Program-made: the position numbers and the translations under genes
From: Candidatus Latescibacterota bacterium
Lineage (GTDB): Bacteria; Latescibacterota; UBA2968
Direction of reading: 5' to 3'
Assembly: GCA_965207885.1 (NCBI GenBank)
Contig: OZ242311.1
Coordinates: 5,248,001 to 5,312,000, forward strand
Length of the DNA: 64,000 nucleotides
Shown: positions 56,415 through 64,000 of the stretch, piece by piece
Layout: each line of letters starts with the position of its first letter
How positions within the stretch are numbered: the stretch's first letter is position 1
Notes under the pieces: generated by a model
Databases searched by the model: none
What the model was told of the DNA's origin: nothing
Seen by the model: only the letters and a program-made list of their open reading frames with translations

Positions 56415-56837
56415 ATGAACCGCGTACTCATCCTCTGCACGGGCAACTCCTGCCGCAGCCAAATGGCGCAAGGGCTATTTAGCCATCTGAGCGATGGCAC
56501 CTATGAAGCCCATAGCGCTGGCGTCAGCCCCACAACCGTCAACCCACTGGCCATTCGCGCCATGCGTGAAGTCGGCATCGACATATCCCACCACACATCC
56601 GACAGCATCGACCTCTATCTCAATCGAGACTTTGATCTCGTCATCACCGTTTGCGACAACGCCAAAGAAAATTGTCCGATCTTCCCAGGCGCCAAAAACA
56701 CGCGACATTGGCCCTTCGAAGACCCCGCTGATGCCCAGGGCACAGAAGAAGAGCGCCTGCGCGTATTTCGCAAAGTACGCGACGAAATACGCGATAAAAT
56801 CGCAAACTTCCTCCAAAAAAGAAAAGCCCCGAGATAA
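56415..56837 (+). CDS. arsC: thioredoxin-type arsenate reductase
   Basis: LCTGNSCRSQMA, VCD.A.E.CPIFPG, HWPFEDP. Confidence 0.92.
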   Translation: MNRVLILCTGNSCRSQMAQGLFSHLSDGTYEAHSAGVSPTTVNPLAIRAMREVGIDISHHTSDSIDLYLNRDFDLVITVCDNAKENCPIFPGAKNTRHWPFEDPADAQGTEEERLRVFRKVRDEIRDKIANFLQKRKAPR

Positions 56838-56851
56838 CTCGAGGCTTTTTT
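56822..56851. terminator. bidirectional terminator
   Basis: AAAAGCCCCGAG-ATAA-CTCGAGGCTTTTTT between convergent genes. Confidence 0.7.
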
Positions 56852-56868
56852 ATATTCTCAAAAACTTT

Positions 56869-57957
56869 CTATTCCCATACCACGCGCGGCCCATCCACAT
56901 AATCCAAAAAGCGATTTGCAATATCGGCCTGCGCCGTATCCCCCGTATGCACAATTACGCGCCAGCGAAACATCATAGACGCGCCCTCGGGCAAATGGTG
57001 ATCGGGCTTGAACATCCAGCAATTGGGCGCGAACAACCCATAACCGCGCACATGCCATGTGGTTGGATATCGGAAATTCTGCGGATGATCAAAAATGGCA
57101 AACCCAGCCACCTCATCGCCCACAGGACCGTAGTAATCCATCCAGTGTGAAGGCAGCGACCAGCACCCCATCTCATCCGTTGCGCCATAGGCATTGCGCA
57201 TCTCCCCATCGGCACTGGCATTCATCGACGGATTCACGCGAATACACAAAAATCCGCCCTCCTTCGTATCCCCAATCGTCACCGCACCGTGCGAAGCCTT
57301 AAGAGTAAGCGCAATATCCAGAACCGCGGCATCTCGGCTCGAATCGTACAACCGATACCAACGACTATCGCTCATCAAGGCACGGTCGCCTTCATACCAC
57401 GTATTTTCAGAAGCGATCACCAGAGACAATGCATTGTGCGAAATAGAAATGTCATCCTGCGCCGTGCGCCCATATCCCGGTTGGTTGGGCCGCTCATTCC
57501 AGCAATCCACCCCATTAATCGCACCCTGCATCAGGGTCAACCCCCGCTGCCAGGGATGTTCCCCCTCCCCCCATGCCGCCATTGGCTCGCGCAACATATT
57601 GGTCCCATTCGGCGTCAAAATCGGATTGATAACCGGCTTGGGATAATCCGTCGTGTGGTGAAACGTCATAAATGGCGAACCCGACAGAGAAACACGTAGC
57701 TCGCCATCGGCATCCTGCGACGAAATCCCCGCAGCCGCATCTGCACTATCCAATTCCAACACCTCAAAACTCGCTTCCTCGCCCCCGGCCAACGCGGGCA
57801 GATTCACGTGATAAACAGGCGCAGACGGATCGCGTTCAGCAATCAGCACCTCACCTCTCCCTTTCAACTGCAACAACGGCGCTTCACATCCCTCTGGGGC
57901 GGAAAAACTCGCCAGATGCGCCGGACGAGAACGCGGAATTGAAAGCGTCAATTTCAT
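56869..57957 (-). CDS. DUF6807 / 'PmoA-family' (PF14100-like) protein
   Basis: KPVINPILTPNG, HPWQRGL, GDTKEGG, FDHPQN..PT.WHVRGYGLF; RBS GAGGAG. Confidence 0.75.
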   Translation of the reverse strand: MKLTLSIPRSRPAHLASFSAPEGCEAPLLQLKGRGEVLIAERDPSAPVYHVNLPALAGGEEASFEVLELDSADAAAGISSQDADGELRVSLSGSPFMTFHHTTDYPKPVINPILTPNGTNMLREPMAAWGEGEHPWQRGLTLMQGAINGVDCWNERPNQPGYGRTAQDDISISHNALSLVIASENTWYEGDRALMSDSRWYRLYDSSRDAAVLDIALTLKASHGAVTIGDTKEGGFLCIRVNPSMNASADGEMRNAYGATDEMGCWSLPSHWMDYYGPVGDEVAGFAIFDHPQNFRYPTTWHVRGYGLFAPNCWMFKPDHHLPEGASMMFRWRVIVHTGDTAQADIANRFLDYVDGPRVVWE

Positions 57958-58049
57958 GTGCCAAAACTCCTCCACAGTAATGAAAAAAATGATCCTGCTA
58001 TTGAAAAAAATGACCAAAAAACGACCAAAATCTGGCACAATATCTCTTT

Positions 58050-58065
58050 TGCAAAAACCGTGCCA
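58050..58065 (-). promoter_or_regulatory. sigma-54 promoter
   Basis: Minus strand TGGCACGGTTTTTGCA, about 90 bp upstream of the ATG at 57957. Confidence 0.75.
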
Positions 58066-58067
58066 GA

Positions 58068-60404
58068 CTACGGATTCAGTTCCAATCTGCTCTGTAAATT
58101 TCCCACTATATCTTCCCAATCCATCAGCAGGGGATGGTACTCATCGGCGGCCCACAACTCGGACTGCGTGCGGTAATTTGGACTGATCGGATGCCCGGAC
58201 TGTCCACCTGCCGCCGTCGCCATACTCTGCGCCGGATTGCTCATATCCACCACCATCCGATAGGTCGAAAGCGAACCAACCTCAAACAGCTTGCCAAAAT
58301 TATACCCCGTCGCGCGCACAGTACCCGTACTCCCCGACGACTCAAAAGGCCCCACATCGAACATCTTTGACAACGCCCCGCCATCACTCAGCGGATGCCG
58401 AAAAGTCACAGTGTGCAAACGCCCCCAGCGCCACTGCGATTTGCGCGGACCCACGCGGCGGCACAACCAATCAAGCGCATCGCTCAATGCCGCATGCACC
58501 TCCCCATCCAGATCCCAATCATCCGGCGTCCAATCCAGCGCCTGGCCCGTCAACACGCACCGCGCCACACTGCCACCTCGCCCCACCACCAGTTGAGCCA
58601 CATGATTGGGAAACCGAACCCGCACCACCCGCCGCACCCAGTGCTCCCAAAAAGCCGTAAACACCGTCGCCGCGACCGAATCAACCGAATACGCACCATC
58701 CCAGCCGCGCAATAACTCACCCAGATCGCGCAAGCGTTTATTACCCGCTCTCATTGCAATCTCTGCGACAACTGGCCCCAGATCTTCTCCTCGCCCATGT
58801 ACGACATCGGCATGAATAGCACCCGTACTCTCCTGCGTATGCGTCTCCAATTCCTCAATACGCGCCACAATCCGCCGAAAGCGGTACCCATCTGACCACG
58901 AACCCAGCGACAGATAAGGACCTCGACCACCCCACGGTGGATTATTTGCCGTCGCCACCCAATTCCGCTCGGGATCCACCAGATGCGGCAACGCGTCAAA
59001 AGCGTGCGGCGCGCCCCATTCGCAATCCGGATCACGGAACCCAAAATCCCCCGCCCTGCGCGTTGGCACATGCCCAACCACATGATATCCAAGCCGTCCA
59101 TCGGAATCGGCAAACACAAAATTCAAAATAGGCATCGGCCATTGGGCGAGCGCATCCAGAACCTCTGCGACATTTTTTGACCGCATCAGCCCCAGCATCG
59201 CCTCAAACCCCGTTGTCGCCTCAGACCCTATCCAGCGCATAGACAGCACAGATTGCTCCCCATCACCTACAGCAGGCACAAACTCATTGACAACCGGACC
59301 GCGACGGGACCGGCGAATCACCAGCACATCCGCTGCGGCATCGCGCACGGGAATCGCCTGCTCCTCCACCACAAACGGACGCCATGCATCGCCATCCCGG
59401 TACAAATTCTCATCCTCCTTCGACACATCTTCAACGTACAAATCGCGCACCGAAGCCGCGTGATTGGTCACGCCCCACGCCGTATCGCGCGTATGCCCCA
59501 GATAAATACCCGGCGTCCCCAAAAAAAACGCGCCCACAGCATCCATACCCGGCGCGCGAACCTGCGCCTGGTACCACTGCCGGCACATACTCACATCATT
59601 GTGCGGATCCGTTGCCAGCACGGGTTTGCCATTCGCCGTCCGCTCGCCCCCAATCACCCAGTTATTGCTGCCAATCCCCGTATCGTATCCCCCCACACCG
59701 GCCGGTTCATCAGACGGAACAATAGTTTCTTCTGAAGCCTCTGTAGTCAAAAACAAATCGAACAAATCGGGAGGCAAATAGCGTTTGGCCGCCTCATTCA
59801 CCGCAACCGCACTCAGCCGTCCCGTCAGCATCCACCACCGCCATTTCCATATCGCAATCGAATCCACCACCGTCCACGGCGCGGGATCGTAATCCAGCAA
59901 ATCGAACTCAACACAACGCCGATCACCCATCGCTTCCATCCACGCATTGATACCGCCGCCCAGCGACTGCAAAACCATCTTCACCTCATCCGACATCTCC
60001 GAAGCCGCCCCCTGTGCCGCACGCGTCAAACCAATCGTTCGATGCAAGCGATCCTCCCCCAGATAATCCGCTCCCAAAATCTCCGACAATTGCCCGTGTG
60101 CCAACCGCCGCATATAATCCATCTGCCACAGCCGATCCTGCGCCATAGCATATCCCAGCGCAGTAAAACAATCCGCCATCGAAGCCGCCTCGATATGCGC
60201 CACGCCCCACCGGTCGCGCAACACCGTCACCTGCTGATCCACTGGTGCTTTTACCCTCTCCTCCGTCCCGGGCAATTTCTGGCGCAAAAACCGCCGTTGA
60301 AAATCCCGAAACGACCGGCGCAAAATACCCAATTGATTGGCTGCCCCATCAACAGTAATGTCCCCGCGCATCGCCTGCATCAAAATAGTTTTTCTGTCTG
60401 CCAT
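58068..60404 (-). CDS. penicillin acylase family (Ntn hydrolase)
   Basis: RDRWGVAHI, GYAMAQDRLWQMD, GSNNW, DPH, TANN, GQSGHP.SP.Y. Confidence 0.92.
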   Translation of the reverse strand: MADRKTILMQAMRGDITVDGAANQLGILRRSFRDFQRRFLRQKLPGTEERVKAPVDQQVTVLRDRWGVAHIEAASMADCFTALGYAMAQDRLWQMDYMRRLAHGQLSEILGADYLGEDRLHRTIGLTRAAQGAASEMSDEVKMVLQSLGGGINAWMEAMGDRRCVEFDLLDYDPAPWTVVDSIAIWKWRWWMLTGRLSAVAVNEAAKRYLPPDLFDLFLTTEASEETIVPSDEPAGVGGYDTGIGSNNWVIGGERTANGKPVLATDPHNDVSMCRQWYQAQVRAPGMDAVGAFFLGTPGIYLGHTRDTAWGVTNHAASVRDLYVEDVSKEDENLYRDGDAWRPFVVEEQAIPVRDAAADVLVIRRSRRGPVVNEFVPAVGDGEQSVLSMRWIGSEATTGFEAMLGLMRSKNVAEVLDALAQWPMPILNFVFADSDGRLGYHVVGHVPTRRAGDFGFRDPDCEWGAPHAFDALPHLVDPERNWVATANNPPWGGRGPYLSLGSWSDGYRFRRIVARIEELETHTQESTGAIHADVVHGRGEDLGPVVAEIAMRAGNKRLRDLGELLRGWDGAYSVDSVAATVFTAFWEHWVRRVVRVRFPNHVAQLVVGRGGSVARCVLTGQALDWTPDDWDLDGEVHAALSDALDWLCRRVGPRKSQWRWGRLHTVTFRHPLSDGGALSKMFDVGPFESSGSTGTVRATGYNFGKLFEVGSLSTYRMVVDMSNPAQSMATAAGGQSGHPISPNYRTQSELWAADEYHPLLMDWEDIVGNLQSRLELNP

Positions 60405-60424
60405 AGCCCCTCCAATACCTCATC

Positions 60425-61882
60425 TCACCGTTCACAATAAGGGTTGGAATCTGGATCGTACCACGCGAACAACCGCTCCTGCAAATCCGCGCGAACAGCT
60501 GCAAAATCTCGATTATCGATCAAATTGATACACTCGCCCGGATCATTTTCCAAATCGTATAATTCATGCCGCGAACCCCCATCATTATAAACGTACTTAA
60601 ACCGTTCGCCCCGCACCATATATTGGGGCATATGAGAACGCAACCCATGCTCGGAAAACGCGGCATCGGGACCCTGGGTATTGGGATCGCCCACAACACT
60701 GGCAAAACTCTCCGCATCCATTGTCTCGCAAGCACCTTCAAAATCCATCAGCGTCGTCCGGTCTGGTGCCGACAATCCACACAACTCTGAAAGCGTGGGA
60801 TACAGACCAAAATATTCGGTCAGCGCAGAAGCCACTCGACCCTCTGGAAAACGAGACGGACAACTCACAATCAAAGGCACCTTCACCGCAGGCTCAAACA
60901 TACAAAACTTCTGATACAACCCGTGCTCACCTCCCATCTCACCGTGATCCGAAGTATAGACCACAATCGTATCTTCCACCAGCCCCAACTCCTCCAGCCC
61001 ATCCAGCACGCGCCCGATACAATAATCGACAAAAGATAGATTGCCCATATACCCCGCCTTATGCGCCCGAAGACGTTTTTCACCCATACCCTGCGTCCTA
61101 TCAATACGCTGTTGTATATGCCTCGGATATTGCGAACTATCCCCCACCTCCACCAGATCTACCGATTCCGGCGAAAACTGCTCTGCCCATTCGCGAGGCG
61201 GATAAAAAGGTGGATGGGGCTTCATAAAACTCGCCACCAGAAAAAACGGCTGATCGCGATATTCGCGCATAAACTTCACAGACTCGCGCGCCACAAACAT
61301 ATCCAGATGATCTTCTGCATCGAGCGGCGAAGCCGTACTCGAAAAATCCCACCGCGCCACATTGCCCGCCCATGGGCTTGCGCCATCCCACAGCAACGAC
61401 ACATCGGGAAACCCACTACCCGTATCAAAAACCGAATTGAAAAACCCCTCGCTTATCGCGTGATTGGCAATCTCATTCGCATAATGCCCCACCTTCGGAC
61501 CCAAATACATCAACCAATCGTTAATCGACAAATACGACGCAAACCCGTGGTTATGTGCATCGTTAAAATGCATCTTACCGATCAAACTCGTCAAATATCC
61601 GTGATCGGAAAAATGGTGCGCCACCGTGCGATAGCGCCAATCCAACCTATCGCTATTATTAATAGCCCCCGTATTATGAGCGTACAAACCCGTCAACAGC
61701 GACATACGCGAAGCCGTACACACCGGATAGGGACAATAGGCATTCTCAAACCGCACCCCACGCGCAGCCACGCGATCTATCATCGGCGTAGGCACCGTAT
61801 TATTCCCGGCACACGTCATCCAATCCGCGCGGTGTTGATCGCTCATCAAAATGAGAACATTGGGACGATTATTGTGATCCAC
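60425..61882 (-). CDS. Cys-type sulfatase (choline-sulfatase-like)
   Basis: PNVLILMSDQH, CTASR.S.LTG, GKMH, KPHPP, SDHG, ELYDL..DP.E. Confidence 0.92.
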   Translation of the reverse strand: MDHNNRPNVLILMSDQHRADWMTCAGNNTVPTPMIDRVAARGVRFENAYCPYPVCTASRMSLLTGLYAHNTGAINNSDRLDWRYRTVAHHFSDHGYLTSLIGKMHFNDAHNHGFASYLSINDWLMYLGPKVGHYANEIANHAISEGFFNSVFDTGSGFPDVSLLWDGASPWAGNVARWDFSSTASPLDAEDHLDMFVARESVKFMREYRDQPFFLVASFMKPHPPFYPPREWAEQFSPESVDLVEVGDSSQYPRHIQQRIDRTQGMGEKRLRAHKAGYMGNLSFVDYCIGRVLDGLEELGLVEDTIVVYTSDHGEMGGEHGLYQKFCMFEPAVKVPLIVSCPSRFPEGRVASALTEYFGLYPTLSELCGLSAPDRTTLMDFEGACETMDAESFASVVGDPNTQGPDAAFSEHGLRSHMPQYMVRGERFKYVYNDGGSRHELYDLENDPGECINLIDNRDFAAVRADLQERLFAWYDPDSNPYCER

Positions 61883-61918
61883 GAAATTATCTCCAAACTC
61901 ATTGGTTTTTGAAAAAGA

Positions 61919-61950
61919 CTGGATTGCGGCTAAAACCCTGCCGCAATGAC
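61919..61950. repeat. REP-like element
   Basis: CTGGATTGCGGCTAAAACCCTGCCGCAATGAC. Confidence 0.85.
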
Positions 61951-61959
61951 AACCAATAC

Positions 61960-62790
61960 CTATTCCTTCTCCTCAGGCATCTCAACCGGCAAATCCAGCC
62001 GGTCACCCCACTCTTTCCACGACCCGATATAATTTCGGACCTTTTCATAACCCAGCAACCTCAGTGCCAGGTACGTTTGGGAAGAGCGGTACCCGCCCTG
62101 TCAGTAAGGCACAATTTCCTTATCGGGCGAAATACCCACAGCCTCGTACATCGCCCGCAATTCATCCGCTGGCTTAAACGCCCCCGTCTCATCCAGATTA
62201 TTCACATACTCAACATGCACAGCACCTGGAATAGCACCACCTCGCGTAGCCCGCACATTGCGCCCGAAATACTCATCATCACCCCGCGTATCCAGAGGCA
62301 CAACATCCTCGCGCCCCAAAAGACCATTTAAGGCATCGGCGCCCATATGACGCTCCGGCACCGAGGTTATCACAAACTCCGCGGGCGCGGCCTCCTCACA
62401 ATCCGTCGTCAATTCATAACCCATGGCCGTCCAGGCATTGCATCCCCCATCCAGCACGCGCACATCGGGATGGCCCAGATATTCACAAATCCAAAAACCG
62501 CGCGACGCGCGCACCCCGGAATCATCCTCGTACCAGACCACCGTCTTATCCGTACCAATACCCCGGTTACTGAACAAATAACCGAGCATCCACATAAACG
62601 CCTCAAAAGCCTGTTCGCGGGTATCGTTCAAACTGATTGAATAAAGATCCAGATGAAGCGCACCCGGAATATGCCCGGCGTGATATGCATGCGTCGGCCG
62701 CGTATCCACAATACAGATATCGGCAGCCCTCTCATACAAATCCCGCGGCGAAATCAACAACTCGGGATTCGCATACCCTTTATCGCTCAT
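61960..62790 (-). CDS. probable selenocysteine-containing two-domain rhodanese/sulfurtransferase
   Basis: GHIPGA, LDGG..AW, GAIPGA; TGA 62103-62101 sits at the catalytic Cys position (IVPY-U-QGGYRSS) and the frame continues [16 protein letters not shown] to TAG 61960. Confidence 0.88.
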
Positions 62791-62906
62791 AATCACCTCC
62801 TTGCAATTTTCAAAACCCGAACCAAAAACCAACTCATGTGTTCTATCACTTGACAATATCCCATACCAGCATCCATATTTAACGCCTAAACCTCAGGAGA
62901 CACTAT

Positions 62907-63773
62907 ATGAAAGGCATCTTACTCGCAGGAGGGGCTGGCACCCGCCTCTATCCCATCACGCGCGTGGTCAGCAAACAACTCCAGCCAGTTTACGACAAAC
63001 CCATGATCTACTATCCCCTCTCCGTCCTCATGCTGGCTGGCATCCGGGATATATTGATCATCTCCACCCCCCACGACCTGCCCCTCTACAGGCGTTTATT
63101 CAATAACGGCTCTTATCTCGGCCTCAACATCACATACGCCGAACAACCGCGCCCCGAAGGCGTCGCCCAGTCATTTGTGATCGGAAGCGATTTTATAGGC
63201 ACCGACCCCGTCTGCCTAATTTTCGGCGACAACATCTTCTACGGCCATGGCCTCGGCGCAATATTAGATCGAGCCGGACAACTCACCGAAGGCGGACTCA
63301 TCTTTGGATATGCAGTAACCGACCCCGAGCGATATGGCGTCATCGAATTTGACGACGAAGGCCGCGTCATCAGTATAGAAGAAAAACCCGAACACCCCAA
63401 ATCGCGCTACGCCGTGCCCGGCCTCTATTTTTACGACAACCAGGTCGTTGACATCGCCCGCAACCTCACGCCCTCAGCGCGTGGAGAATACGAAATCACC
63501 GATGTAAACGAAGAATATCTCAAACGCCAACAACTCGAAGTCGAATTGCTCGGCCGCGGGTATTGCTGGCTCGACACCGGCACATTTGAATCGCTTCACC
63601 AGGCATCGGGATTTGTGCAGGCAATTCAAGAACGCCAGGGCCTCAAAATTGCGTGCATCGAAGAAATCGCCTATCGCCGGGGATACATCGACGCCGCACA
63701 ACTCGAACAACTCGCACAAACCATGGCGCAAAACAGCTACGGCCAATTCCTCTTATCTGTCCTGAACGAATAG
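62907..63773 (+). CDS. rfbA: glucose-1-phosphate thymidylyltransferase
   Basis: [51 protein letters not shown]. Confidence 0.97.
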   Translation: MKGILLAGGAGTRLYPITRVVSKQLQPVYDKPMIYYPLSVLMLAGIRDILIISTPHDLPLYRRLFNNGSYLGLNITYAEQPRPEGVAQSFVIGSDFIGTDPVCLIFGDNIFYGHGLGAILDRAGQLTEGGLIFGYAVTDPERYGVIEFDDEGRVISIEEKPEHPKSRYAVPGLYFYDNQVVDIARNLTPSARGEYEITDVNEEYLKRQQLEVELLGRGYCWLDTGTFESLHQASGFVQAIQERQGLKIACIEEIAYRRGYIDAAQLEQLAQTMAQNSYGQFLLSVLNE

Positions 63774-63859
63774 ACGGAGCGGTGTACAACTGGCCACTTC
63801 TCAGGCCAGTTCATAGACGAATAGACGAATAGACGAACCCCACCCAACCACCAAAACCT

Positions 63860-63891
63860 CTGGATTGCGGCTAACACCATGCCGCAATGAC
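63860..63891. repeat. REP-like element
   Basis: CTGGATTGCGGCTAACACCATGCCGCAATGAC. Confidence 0.85.
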
Positions 63892-64000
63892 GGCTTTCAT
63901 GTACATTACCTATTTCATTGATTCGTTGATTCGCGGTTTTCATAATATCGGATGCATCGCGTGCCAATCCGTAGCCTGTTCATAAGCGCGTGCAACAGCG

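Noticed and set aside
56869-57957. Methane monooxygenase PmoA
   Set aside because: Soluble protein of the misleadingly named PF14100/DUF6807 family, with no TM helices and no pmoBC.
63747-63837. GACGAATA short tandem repeats (also ATCAGC-type repeats near 49890)
   Set aside because: Low-copy intergenic simple repeats with no assignable function.

Overview
This 64 kb window is bacterial chromosomal DNA. The TonB receptor/PorV/T9SS-tail cassette, EF-hand/dockerin-like C-terminal tails and many TPR proteins suggest an FCB-group organism such as Ca. Latescibacterota (inference). It carries housekeeping genes (frameshifted argH, type-2 ileS, pspA, rfbA), defence-like modules (AAA ATPase + DUF4276/RloB-like pair, two tandem TIR genes) and an IS1341-type tnpB inserted in a gamma-carbonic-anhydrase gene. 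It also has a GcvT-family demethylase pair, a sigma-54-driven mechanosensitive/ion-channel cluster, a TPR-YcaO-FGE-double-octaheme operon, an aquaporin-arsC pair and nested REP-like repeats. The signals least explained by the ORF track are: (1) two probable selenoproteins split at in-frame TGA codons (a secreted UxxC redoxin-Ig-EF-hand protein and a Sec-rhodanese); (2) a leader-peptide attenuator with Ile codons upstream of ileS; (3) a pore-less voltage-sensor-like domain fused to a P-loop NTPase; (4) a short YcaO coupled to multiheme cytochromes; (5) a nucleotidase-beta-barrel fusion paired with an NTT-type transporter. All protein calls come from motif recognition by eye; no database searches were run.
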